DNA of 64,000 nucleotides from SAR86 cluster bacterium AG-313-N18 (GTDB lineage Bacteria; Pseudomonadota; Gammaproteobacteria; Magnimaribacterales; D2472), in assembly GCA_003283765.1 (NCBI GenBank), contig QBVY01000002.1, positions 34,395 through 98,394 on the forward strand, given 5' to 3'. The notes beneath the pieces were generated by a model. The model searched no databases and had not been told where the DNA came from. It saw only the letters and a program-made list of their open reading frames with translations. A program made the position numbers and the translations under genes. The stretch's first letter is position 1; each line of letters begins with the position of its first letter. This document shows, one piece after another, positions 45,663 through 55,314 of this stretch.

Positions 45663-46565
45663 ATGTCTTCTGACTTAAAAAAGGATCCATTAGTAGATTC
45701 TTTTTTATCAGCTCTGCGTCTTGAAAAGGGCTTGTCTGAAAATACTATAAAAGCTTATTCAAATGACTGTCAGGATTTTAATAAATGGTTATTTTCAAAT
45801 AAAAGATATAGAGCGGTCACTGCAACTGAAGCGGATATAGAAAATTACCTAAAGCACTTGAGGGTCATCGATCTATCAAATTCAAGCATTAATAGAAAAC
45901 TGTCATCTTTAAAACATTTTTTTAATTATTTAAGCAAAACAAAACTTTTAAAATCTAATCCTGTTATGAATATATCAGGCCCTAAGAACAGTAAAGTTCT
46001 GCCAAAATCTTTATCAATTATTGATGTAAATAGCTTAATCGAAGCTCCAGACTGTTCTAATTTTATTGGATTAAGAGATAGAGCTATGATTGAGCTAATG
46101 TATGCTACAGGGGTAAGAATCAGTGAGCTTATTAATTTAGAATATAGCAATATAGATCTAAATAGATCATTAATTAAGGTAATGGGCAAGGGCGGAAAAG
46201 AACGGATGATTCCTTTTGGTGATGATGCTCTCACATGGCTAATCAACTACATTGAGTTTAGGCGAAAGAATAATTTATCGCTTAATTCACGTGATTTTTT
46301 TATTAGTCAGCAAGGTAAAAAAATTACACGACAGGCCTTTTGGCATAGGATAAAGATATACTTAAAAGTATCAGGACTTTCCATGGATGTTTCTCCGCAT
46401 ACTCTCAGGCATGCATTTGCAACTCATTTATTAAATAATGGTGCAGACCTCAGATCTGTACAGATGTTGTTGGGTCATAGTGATCTATCCACAACTCAGA
46501 TATATACTCATATTGCAAAACAACGACTAAGCGATATGGTTAAACAACATCATCCAAGAGGTTAA
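45663..46565 (+). CDS. xerD: Site-specific tyrosine recombinase XerD
   Basis: RDRAM.ELMYATG.R.SEL, GKGGKER, SPHTLRHAFATHLL, LLGHSDLSTTQIYTH, HHPRG; rplS-xerD-dsbC synteny. Confidence 0.95.
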   Translation: MSSDLKKDPLVDSFLSALRLEKGLSENTIKAYSNDCQDFNKWLFSNKRYRAVTATEADIENYLKHLRVIDLSNSSINRKLSSLKHFFNYLSKTKLLKSNPVMNISGPKNSKVLPKSLSIIDVNSLIEAPDCSNFIGLRDRAMIELMYATGVRISELINLEYSNIDLNRSLIKVMGKGGKERMIPFGDDALTWLINYIEFRRKNNLSLNSRDFFISQQGKKITRQAFWHRIKIYLKVSGLSMDVSPHTLRHAFATHLLNNGADLRSVQMLLGHSDLSTTQIYTHIAKQRLSDMVKQHHPRG

Positions 46566-46571
46566 TTTTTT

Positions 46572-47282
46572 ATGAAGAGATTATTATTAATATTTGTTTT
46601 CATTTTTTCATCAGACATGAAATCTGATGAGCTGATAATTTCATCAAAAATAAATGCAGTTCTTCCAGAAGGAATGTCTGTTCAAAGCGTAAAAGAGTCT
46701 CAGATTGAAAATTTATTCATAGTTGATATTGGAGATTTGCAACCTATTTATGCTTCCAAAAATGGAGAATTCTTTTTTTATGGAGAGCTATATGCAGTTA
46801 ACGGCAATATGCTGCAAAACACCACCAAAGACGAGGTAAATTTAAAACGTAAAAGTATTTTAGATAAAACATTATCTGAGGATGATTTTATTAGCTTTAA
46901 ATCTGAAAATGAAAAGCATAGTGTTACCATTTTTACTGATGTTGATTGCGGCTACTGCAGAAAGTTTCATAATGAAATCAAAGATTTTAATGATCTTGGT
47001 ATATCTGTAAATTATGTTGCATTTCCTAGATCGGGATTGGATTCTGTTTCCTACAATAAAATTGTTACAGCCTGGTGCTCAAAGGACCCAAAAAGCGTTC
47101 TAACCAAAATGAAGCAAGGTATAGATGTAGAGCTATCAATGTGCCAAGACCATCCTGTTGAAGCGCATTTTCTTCTCGGTCAAAAGATTGGCATTACTGG
47201 TACGCCAGCTATAATTAAATCAAATGGAGAGCTGCTTCCAGGATACCTTCCTCCAGAAGAGCTGTTAACTAGATTAAATTAA
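46572..47282 (+). CDS. dsbC: Thiol:disulfide isomerase DsbC
   Basis: Signal peptide, FTDVDCGYC, AFPR, GTPA, PGY.PP. Confidence 0.93.
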   Translation: MKRLLLIFVFIFSSDMKSDELIISSKINAVLPEGMSVQSVKESQIENLFIVDIGDLQPIYASKNGEFFFYGELYAVNGNMLQNTTKDEVNLKRKSILDKTLSEDDFISFKSENEKHSVTIFTDVDCGYCRKFHNEIKDFNDLGISVNYVAFPRSGLDSVSYNKIVTAWCSKDPKSVLTKMKQGIDVELSMCQDHPVEAHFLLGQKIGITGTPAIIKSNGELLPGYLPPEELLTRLN

Positions 47283-47284
47283 AT

Positions 47285-48538
47285 ATGGCTAAACTAAAAA
47301 TAGGTATTTGCGGTTGGGGAAATGTTGCAACCGGATTATATGAGGAATTGGTCAATGGAGCTGAAATCTATAATGATTGGGAAATATGCTGCATAGGTGC
47401 ACGACGTGATAACCCTAAATGTAATCCAGGCTCAACAAAGATTCTTAGAGATATTTTTGAGGTTGTTGAGGAGGATATAGATGTGCTTGTCGAATTAATC
47501 GGTGGAGTTGAAACAGCCAAAGATTTAATTGAACGAGCGCTTAACGCAGGCAAGCATGTTGTAACTGCTAATAAAGCAGTAATATTCGAACATGGTGAGG
47601 AGCTAATTAATACAGCAATAAAAAATAATGTAGAGCTATTATTTGAATCTGCTGTTTGTGCAGGCACACCATCCATTAAGATGCTCTCAAATGATTTAAC
47701 TGCAAATAAAATTTCTAAAGTTGCAGGGATGCTTAATGGGACAACAAATTTTATTTTAAGTAACATGGAAGAAGGGGCTTCTTATGAAGCTGTTTTGCAG
47801 GAAGCTCAAGAAAAAGGATATGCAGAACCTGATCCAAGTTTAGATGTGAATGGAACTGATGCTGCACATAAAATTGGAATTCTTTCAGCTTTAGCTTTTA
47901 ATACAGGTCTTCCTGCACCTAGTTTTTATGTTGAAGGTATAGAAAATATTCAATCTCAGGACTTTACATATGCAGAAGACTTTCAATTAACCATCAAGCA
48001 TTTGGCTGTTGCCAAATTAAATGATGAGGGAATTGAATTGAGGAGTCACCCAGTGTTGCTCAGCAAAGACTCCAGCTTGGCAGGATTAAAGGGTGTGAGG
48101 AATGGCATTCAATTTGATACTAACCTCCTGGGAGAATTTCATGTTGCAGGGTCTGGAGCGGGACGAGAATCGACTGCATCTGGACTGATTTCTGATTTAT
48201 TCGCACTTTCAAGATCAAAAGGATCTTCGCCTATGCGCTATCCAGACTTTTCTAAAAAAGCTAACCTGCTTAATTTTGATGATTTAGTTTTTAAATATTA
48301 TGTTTATTTAGAAGTTAAAGATGAGCCTGGCGTTTTAGCTTTAATTAGCAAAATATTTGCAGATCAAAGTATTGGTTTTGATAAGGTTATTCAAAAAGAC
48401 CAGTTAGATAATAGTAATGTTCCAGTGGTAATTTTTACTGATCCAATTGTTGAAAATGAAATGCAAATTGCTTTGCAGGATTTAAAAAATAATCCAGTTA
48501 TCTTAAATTCTAAAATTATAAGAATTGAGGACCTGTAA
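47285..48538 (+). CDS. hom: Homoserine dehydrogenase (with ACT domain)
   Basis: G.GNV, HVVTANKA, LNGTTNFIL, GYAEPDP..DV.G.DAAHK, D.PGVLA. Confidence 0.95.
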   Translation: MAKLKIGICGWGNVATGLYEELVNGAEIYNDWEICCIGARRDNPKCNPGSTKILRDIFEVVEEDIDVLVELIGGVETAKDLIERALNAGKHVVTANKAVIFEHGEELINTAIKNNVELLFESAVCAGTPSIKMLSNDLTANKISKVAGMLNGTTNFILSNMEEGASYEAVLQEAQEKGYAEPDPSLDVNGTDAAHKIGILSALAFNTGLPAPSFYVEGIENIQSQDFTYAEDFQLTIKHLAVAKLNDEGIELRSHPVLLSKDSSLAGLKGVRNGIQFDTNLLGEFHVAGSGAGRESTASGLISDLFALSRSKGSSPMRYPDFSKKANLLNFDDLVFKYYVYLEVKDEPGVLALISKIFADQSIGFDKVIQKDQLDNSNVPVVIFTDPIVENEMQIALQDLKNNPVILNSKIIRIEDL

Positions 48539-49914
48539 TGCTTTATCACTCAACAAGAGGTAAAGACTCTGATAAGGACTTTGCATCAATTCTTATGCAA
48601 GGTCTTGCTGAGGATGGCGGTCTCTTTATGCCAGATTATTGGCCGCAAGTTGATTTAGATGAAATTAAGTCTAAAACATCATTTGTAGATATAGCTAAAT
48701 GCATCGTACCTTTATTTACCTCATCATCTTTCTCTCATGATGAGACGATAGGCATAGTTGAATCTACTTGGCATGATTTTGAACATCAAGACCTTATTGG
48801 CATAAAAGAATTTAATTCAGTTGCAATTCTTGAGCTTTTTCATGGTCCCACCGCAGCATTCAAAGATTTTGGATTGCAGCTAGCTGCAGCTTTTTTTAAT
48901 CAGGTCTTAGAGTCTGAAAATAAAACTGCAATTGTGCTTGGAGCAACATCCGGCGACACTGGCTCAGCTGCAATTGATGCATGCAGGAGTTATGACAGAA
49001 TTAAGAGCTTTATTATGCTTCCAAATGGCAATATGTCTGAAGTTCAACGAAGGCAAATGAGCACTATTAAAGCTTCAAATGTTTTTGCTCTTAGAATTAA
49101 CGGAACATTTGATGATTGCCAAGATTTGGTAAAGCTTGCATTCAAAAAACGTGATTTTTTAAATACTGATCAATATTTATTAGCAGTTAATTCAATAAAT
49201 TGGACCAGAATTATTGGCCAAATTTGTTATTACTTTTATGCCTACAATCAATTACACAATAAAGGAAATATAAATTTTTCCATCCCAACAGGCAATTTTG
49301 GCAATGTATTTGCTTGCTACTCAGCCCATAAAATGGGGCTTCCAATCAACAAAATTTCTGTCGCTGTTAATAATAATGACATCTTGCATCGTTTCTTTAG
49401 TGATAACGATTACTCAAAGCAAATTGTTCATGAAACTGTTTCTCCTAGTATGGATATAAGCGTCGCGAGTAATTTTGAAAGATTGATATATGATTTCTTC
49501 TTGGATAGAGATTCAGCTAAATGCGCTGCAATGTTTGATAATTTTCCAGCTAATCCCATAGAGCTAAATAGTAAAACCTGGCAAAAGAAAGAAAAACTTT
49601 TTTCTTCAAGTAAAGTTAATGATTTGGATACAAAAAAAATTATTCAAGAAATTCATCAATCATATGGTTATATCTTAGATCCTCATACCGCTGTTGCAGC
49701 ATCCGAGGCATTAAGAAAAAGCGATCAAGGGAACCCCTATGTTGTCCTATCTACTGCTCACCCGGCTAAATTTCCTAAAATTTACGAAGAGTTAGGCATA
49801 GAAATAAACTTTTTACCTGCAGCATTAAAAGGCTTATTTCAAAAAGAGGAGAGCCTTCATACCTTTGATGCTGATTACAATCAAATCATCAACTTTATTA
49901 ACCTTAATAACTAA
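48538..49914 (+). CDS. thrC: Threonine synthase
   Basis: Y.STRG, ELFHGPT.AFKD (PLP Lys), ATSGDTG, NSINW.R, PTGNFG, TAHPAKF. Confidence 0.96.
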   Translation: MLYHSTRGKDSDKDFASILMQGLAEDGGLFMPDYWPQVDLDEIKSKTSFVDIAKCIVPLFTSSSFSHDETIGIVESTWHDFEHQDLIGIKEFNSVAILELFHGPTAAFKDFGLQLAAAFFNQVLESENKTAIVLGATSGDTGSAAIDACRSYDRIKSFIMLPNGNMSEVQRRQMSTIKASNVFALRINGTFDDCQDLVKLAFKKRDFLNTDQYLLAVNSINWTRIIGQICYYFYAYNQLHNKGNINFSIPTGNFGNVFACYSAHKMGLPINKISVAVNNNDILHRFFSDNDYSKQIVHETVSPSMDISVASNFERLIYDFFLDRDSAKCAAMFDNFPANPIELNSKTWQKKEKLFSSSKVNDLDTKKIIQEIHQSYGYILDPHTAVAASEALRKSDQGNPYVVLSTAHPAKFPKIYEELGIEINFLPAALKGLFQKEESLHTFDADYNQIINFINLNN

Positions 49915-49924
49915 ATATTATTTT

Positions 49925-50503
49925 ATGAACATACCAAAGATAGTAAAAGCATCAATCACTGATTTAGAGAGAGTGAAAGGAGTTCTCAAGTTAGGTTTCG
50001 CATCAGATGCATTATTGAGATGGGTTTTTCCTGATGCATCATCATTCTTAAAATGCTTTGACATATGGATGGAAGAATTTTCAAAAATTGCTTTTGAAAA
50101 CAATATTGTTTATTCAGAAGAAAATTTCTATGGATCGTCTCTCTGGCATCCACCAGGGGTTGAGTTTGATAATTCTTCCCTAGAACCAACTTTTGAATAC
50201 ATTCCCTCTGATCGTATTGAGGTAGTTGCAAAGTTTTTTGAGGAATTTGAGAAATATCATCCCGAAGATGCTTGGTACTTATCATTCATTGCTGTTGATC
50301 CAGCGCAACAAAGAAAAGGTATAGGGTCTTTTTTGCTAAAAGAAGCATTACAGATGATTGATGAAAGAGGGGATAGAGCTTATTTAGAAGCATCCAATGA
50401 GCAGAATAAGGCTTTGTATGAGAGACACGGTTTCGTTGAAATTGGCAGAGTTCAATTTGAGGACTCTCCACCTGCATTTCCCATGATCAGAGAAGCAAAG
50501 TAA
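49925..50503 (+). CDS. GNAT family N-acetyltransferase
   Basis: WYLSFIAVDP.QQRKGIGS, AYLEAS...N..LYERHGF; ATG at 49925 preferred. Confidence 0.88.
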   Translation: MNIPKIVKASITDLERVKGVLKLGFASDALLRWVFPDASSFLKCFDIWMEEFSKIAFENNIVYSEENFYGSSLWHPPGVEFDNSSLEPTFEYIPSDRIEVVAKFFEEFEKYHPEDAWYLSFIAVDPAQQRKGIGSFLLKEALQMIDERGDRAYLEASNEQNKALYERHGFVEIGRVQFEDSPPAFPMIREAK

Positions 50504-50604
50504 GCGCATTTTGACTTTATAGCAGTAAATTTTTATCCATCTAAGCTAATCTTTATGATATTAACTGTTTCATAGATTCCTTAAAGATACTAAAATGCAA
50601 ATCT

Positions 50605-51700
50605 ATGGAAACAGGTGAAATTAAATCAACCCTTAATGATCTCCGAGATCGCATGAATGATCTCCGGGGGCATCTTTGACGTTGCTAACAAAGAAAGCTC
50701 TCTAGAGAACATTAATACCAGGTTATCTGATGAGTCCACTTGGTCTAATTTAGATCTCTCCCAAACTCTTAACAAAGAAAAAGCCAATCTAGAAAAATTT
50801 TTAAATCTTTTTCTATCAGTTGATGAGGCTATCAAGGATAATCTTGATCTTCTAGATATTGCAATTGAAGAATCAGACGATGCTTCTATTAACGAAATCA
50901 ATGAAGAAACTTTGACTCTCATCTCCAGCGTAGAAGATTTAGAGTTTAATAGAATGTTCTCTAATAAAATGGATCCTAACTCAGCATTCATTGACATCCA
51001 ATCTGGCTCAGGCGGAACTGAGGCTCAAGATTGGGCAGATATGCTTCTTAGAATGTATACAAGATGGGCTGAAAAGCATGAATTTTCTGTTTCTGTAATT
51101 GAACATTCTCCTGGAGAAGTTGCTGGAATAAAATCAGCATCGTTGCTGATAAAAGGTAGTTATGCGTATGGATGGCTTAGAACTGAAACTGGAGTGCATA
51201 GGTTGGTAAGGAAGTCACCTTTCGACTCTGGCAGTAGAAGACATACATCTTTTGCATCCGTTTTCATTTCTCCAGAAATTGATGAATCAATTGAGGTTGA
51301 ATTAAATCCTGCTGATGTTCGAATAGATACTTATAGAGCCTCTGGAGCTGGTGGCCAACATGTTAATAAAACAGATTCAGCAGTACGTTTAACTCATGTT
51401 CCAACAGGTACGGTTGTGCAGTGTCAAAATGATCGATCTCAGCATAAAAATAAAGATAATGCTTTTAAACAACTTAAATCAAAACTTTATGAGCTAGAAT
51501 TACAAAAGCAGAAGGATGAACAGCAGGTATTGGAAGACAGTAAGTCTGATATTGGTTGGGGTAGCCAAATTCGTTCATACGTTTTAGATCAATCTCGCAT
51601 TAAAGACTTAAGAACCAACGTTGAAAGTGGTAATATCTCCTCAATCCTAGATGGAGATATAGATATTTTTATTAAAGCTAGTCTAACCCAGGGAGTATAA
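50605..51700 (+). CDS. prfB: Peptide chain release factor 2 (programmed +1 frameshift)
   Basis: ATG 50605 METGEIKSTLNDLRDRMNDLRGHL, then CTT-TGA-C at 50674-50680; the +1 frame continues with SPF and GGQ motifs. Confidence 0.97.
50666..50680 (+). promoter_or_regulatory. prfB +1 ribosomal frameshift cassette
   Basis: GGGGG-CAT-CTT-TGA-C: internal SD-like run, 3-nt spacer, slippery Leu codon and UGA stop. Confidence 0.95.
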
Positions 51701-53191
51701 ATGAGTGATTCAAATATTGGCGGCGAAGCTTCTATCTTAGAAGAAAGAAGAAGAAAGCTTGAAGAGCTTAGAGATCAAAATATAGCTTATGTAAATAATT
51801 ACACTCCTACTGATAAAGCCCAAGAATTGCATGATTCTCATGGGCATCTAAGTAAACAAGCGCTGGAAGATAAAAAGATTACTAATTTAGCTGTGGCTGG
51901 AAGAATAGTTCTTAAGAGGATTATGGGTAATGCCAGTTTTGTAACAATCAGAGATGGTTCAGGCGATATACAAGCTTACATTAGCAAGAATAATATTGAT
52001 CCAGAGTTATATAAAAATTTTAAATCTTGGGACCTTGGAGACATTATCGGCATAACTGGCGACTTATTTAAAACTAAAACAGAAGAACTGACAGTTGAAG
52101 CTAATTCAATCATCTTAATTACGAAATCGCTTAGACCTATGCCAGAAAAGCATAAAGGCTTAACTGATATTGAAATTAAATATCGCCAACGATATCTAGA
52201 TTTAATGAGCAGCCCTGAGTCAAAGGAGATCTTTATTAAACGCTCTAAAATTGTCTCATCCATAAGAGCTTCAATGCTGGAAGATGATTTTCTAGAAGTA
52301 GAAACTCCTATGATGCATTCTATACCTGGTGGAGCTGTAGCTAAACCCTTCATTACTCAACATAACGCTCTTGATAGGGAGCTCTTTTTAAGAATTGCGC
52401 CTGAGTTGCACCTTAAAAGACTTCTCGTTGGTGGTTTTGATAAGGTGTTTGAGATTAACAGAAGCTTCAGAAATGAAGGCCTGTCAACGAGGCACAATCC
52501 TGAGTTTACAATGTTAGAGTTTTACGCAGCCTTTGCTTCATTTAATGGAACAATAGACTTCACTAAGAGTATTATTCAGTCAGCATCAGAGGCAATTGGA
52601 AATAATGATCAAATAGAATGGGATGGCGACAAAATAGACCTTTCTCATTTTTCAATCAAAACTCTTAATGATCTAGTGTTAGAACACAACCCCGATCTAA
52701 GCGTTGATGATTTAACAAGTCTGGATAAACTTAGAAGTTACTCTAAAACAATCAACTTGTCATATAAGGACTCATGGGGGGCAGGAAAGATTTTATTAGA
52801 AATTTTTGAAAAATCAGTTGAAGCAAATCTCATTCAACCAACTTTTGTTACAGAGTATCCTGTTGAGGTTTCACCTCTTTCAAGAAGAAACAATGAAAAC
52901 CCATTAATTGCGGACAGGTTTGAATTATTTATTGGTGGAAAAGAAATTGCTAATGGTTTTTGTGAGTTAAATGATCCAGACGATCAGGCAGAAAGATTCA
53001 AGGAGCAGGTTAAAGCAAAAGCAGATGGTGATGATGAGGCTATGGGTTTCGATGAAGACTATATTACTGCTTTGGAGCATGGTATGCCTCCTGCTGTAGG
53101 GGTTGGTGTGGGGATAGATAGATTAGTTATGATGTTAACCAATCAAAGCTCAATACGAGATGTCATTTTATTTCCTCAATTAAAGTCCTAA
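51701..53191 (+). CDS. lysS: Lysine--tRNA ligase (class II)
   Basis: YRQRYLDL, EVETPM, LRIAPEL, FRNEG...HNPEFT, GIDRLVM. Confidence 0.98.
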   Translation: MSDSNIGGEASILEERRRKLEELRDQNIAYVNNYTPTDKAQELHDSHGHLSKQALEDKKITNLAVAGRIVLKRIMGNASFVTIRDGSGDIQAYISKNNIDPELYKNFKSWDLGDIIGITGDLFKTKTEELTVEANSIILITKSLRPMPEKHKGLTDIEIKYRQRYLDLMSSPESKEIFIKRSKIVSSIRASMLEDDFLEVETPMMHSIPGGAVAKPFITQHNALDRELFLRIAPELHLKRLLVGGFDKVFEINRSFRNEGLSTRHNPEFTMLEFYAAFASFNGTIDFTKSIIQSASEAIGNNDQIEWDGDKIDLSHFSIKTLNDLVLEHNPDLSVDDLTSLDKLRSYSKTINLSYKDSWGAGKILLEIFEKSVEANLIQPTFVTEYPVEVSPLSRRNNENPLIADRFELFIGGKEIANGFCELNDPDDQAERFKEQVKAKADGDDEAMGFDEDYITALEHGMPPAVGVGVGIDRLVMMLTNQSSIRDVILFPQLKS

Positions 53192-53201
53192 CTCTTTAAG
53201 T

Positions 53202-53852
53202 ATGTATCTTACTTTGCTCATTACTATCGGGGTCCCTTTATTCATTGTCATTGCCATAATCTATTCAGATAGATTCAGAGAGCCTACTGACTTAGTTATA
53301 AAGACTTTCTTTGCTGGAGTTATCATATGTTTTCCTGCAGCAGAGCTAAATCATCTCCTGATCCCATCTTATGAATATTCATATCGCGCTGGATTTACAG
53401 AAGAAACATTAAAGTTTTTAGTTCTATATTTTTATATCAGACCTAAAAGTGCATTTAATGAGCCAATGGATGCAATTGTTTATGGAGTTATAGTTTCACT
53501 AGGTTTTGCAACTTTTGAAAATATTTCATATGTGTATCAAGGAAATTTTGGAGTTGATTCTTTTTCTCTGTCAATTATGAGAGCGATAAGCGCAATCCCA
53601 TTGCATGCAACCTGCGGCATTATCATGGGTTATTTTTTTGGTTTATATTCTTTTACCCACTCCAGGCAATTTTTAATTAAAAGCATAATCTTTCCAATAG
53701 GAATTCATGCGACTTATAACTTTTTAACTAGCTATGATTTTTTCTTTCTATATTTTTTGGTTGCTGTAATGATCTATGCCAGAGGTCTTCATACAGAGTT
53801 TGCAGAGCTTCAAGCAAAGAAAGCCAGAGAGGATGAAACTAAGGTAATTTAA
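53202..53852 (+). CDS. PrsW-family intramembrane metalloprotease
   Basis: EP near the N-terminus, EETLK, GFATFEN, H and H..YN motifs; multi-TM. Confidence 0.85.
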   Translation: MYLTLLITIGVPLFIVIAIIYSDRFREPTDLVIKTFFAGVIICFPAAELNHLLIPSYEYSYRAGFTEETLKFLVLYFYIRPKSAFNEPMDAIVYGVIVSLGFATFENISYVYQGNFGVDSFSLSIMRAISAIPLHATCGIIMGYFFGLYSFTHSRQFLIKSIIFPIGIHATYNFLTSYDFFFLYFLVAVMIYARGLHTEFAELQAKKAREDETKVI

Positions 53853-53857
53853 AGAAA

Positions 53858-54307
53858 TTACCATCTAAATTTTTCAAAGTTTTCTGGATTGGCCCAACCA
53901 TCAGGATTATTCCAACCTCGTTTATTATTATAAGTTTTTAGGTTATAGGAATAGACTCTTGATTGAGTGACCTCAACATCTTGAGTAAAACCTAGCTCTA
54001 AAAAGTTTTGATGTTCTTTATCATCTTTTTTTGACTTTAAAATTAATATTTTTTGAGCAAGAATATTCTTCACTATACCAATCTGAGTTTTTGATATAGG
54101 CATGTCATCAAAGATTATGCACAGGTCACATGACTCAACTTTGTTAGAGTCTAGATGAGTAAGATTTATAATTGATAAACTTTTTAAAGAATCTTCAGAA
54201 AGCTTTGCAAAGGAGCTCAAATCTTTTGTTGTTATGGCTAAAACTGATGTAACTTTTTCGTTGTGAATGACTTCCAGAAGAAAATCATTTAACCCACTTT
54301 TATTCAT
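53858..54307 (-). CDS. DUF6231-like hypothetical protein
   Basis: C-terminal F..LGF...Y.YNL.TYN.KR.WNN...WANPENF.KFRW motif. Confidence 0.65.
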   Translation of the reverse strand: MNKSGLNDFLLEVIHNEKVTSVLAITTKDLSSFAKLSEDSLKSLSIINLTHLDSNKVESCDLCIIFDDMPISKTQIGIVKNILAQKILILKSKKDDKEHQNFLELGFTQDVEVTQSRVYSYNLKTYNNKRGWNNPDGWANPENFEKFRW

Positions 54308-55306
54308 TTATGTCAAAAGGTCCTCAACAGCAGCTCTCTCATCAATGAGCTCATTAGTTGAAATTCTTATCTTTTCCTTGGCGAAATCAGATAATACAAT
54401 ATCTCGTACAATCTCAACTTTTCCTTCTGAAGTAGTCATTAAAGGCATGCCACAAATGATCCCCTCAGGAAGGTCATAGCTTCCATCTGAAATCACAGCT
54501 GCACTAAAGCATTCACCAGATTGAGTTGGACTCTCACAAGCCATAACAGTGTCTAAAGCAGCTTTTGCAGCCGAAGTTGCTGAGGAGGCACCTCGTGAAT
54601 CAATAACAGCCTTACCTCGCTGTTGAACAATTGGTAAGAATTTGTTTTCAATCCAATTCATATCATCAATTAGATCTTTTCCTAGCGATCCATTGACCAT
54701 GATGTTTTCAAAATCAGGATACATAGTTGGACTATGATTGCCCCAAATAATCATTTTGTTGATTTCTCCAATAGCAATATTAAGTTTTTTAGACAAGACT
54801 GATCTTGCTCTGCTTGAATCTAACATTGTCATTGCCATCCATAATTGAGATTCATTATTAGCTGCATGCCTTCCAATTAATGCATTGGTATTAGCAGGAT
54901 TGCCAACTACCAAGATTTTTGCATCCGGTTTACCAAATTTACCAATTGCTTGACCCTGGCCAACAAAAATACCACCATTTATTTGCAGCAAGTCAGCACG
55001 TTCTTCAATTTTTTTGCCATTGAATACTATTCCTCTAGGGATGCTTCCCACTAAGAGGAACCAGTCTGCATCTTTTGCAGCTTCTTCAAAGTTTGCTGTG
55101 TAATTTACATTTCCCATATTTGGAAAATTAGAATCTTCTAGTTCCATTACTAGACCCTCTAACTTATCTACTACTTGTGGGATTTCTACTAATTCGAGAT
55201 CAACAATCTTATCTCCAAAGGTATGCCCATCTACCAATCTTGGTATTAAAGAATAACTGATCTGACCCGCAGCACCAGTTACAACAACTTTGACTCTATC
55301 TTTCAT
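54308..55306 (-). CDS. mdh: Malate dehydrogenase (cytosolic-type/MDH2 clade) with loop insertion
   Basis: VTGAAGQI, MELED, VGNPANTN, LD..RA, IWGNHS.TMYPD, VQQRG..VI..RG.SSA.SAA. Confidence 0.88.
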   Translation of the reverse strand: MKDRVKVVVTGAAGQISYSLIPRLVDGHTFGDKIVDLELVEIPQVVDKLEGLVMELEDSNFPNMGNVNYTANFEEAAKDADWFLLVGSIPRGIVFNGKKIEERADLLQINGGIFVGQGQAIGKFGKPDAKILVVGNPANTNALIGRHAANNESQLWMAMTMLDSSRARSVLSKKLNIAIGEINKMIIWGNHSPTMYPDFENIMVNGSLGKDLIDDMNWIENKFLPIVQQRGKAVIDSRGASSATSAAKAALDTVMACESPTQSGECFSAAVISDGSYDLPEGIICGMPLMTTSEGKVEIVRDIVLSDFAKEKIRISTNELIDERAAVEDLLT

Positions 55307-55314
55307 AACAATCC

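Noticed and set aside
45663-46565. Tyrosine recombinase as a possible integrase or mobile element
   Set aside because: Sequence and rplS-xerD-dsbC context identify housekeeping XerD; no att sites or cargo genes were seen.
47285-49914. Absence of thrB between hom and thrC
   Set aside because: hom-thrC without thrB is the normal Pseudomonadales-type arrangement.
50657-50677. ORF-track N-terminus of prfB, or prfB as a pseudogene
   Set aside because: Explained by the programmed frameshift.
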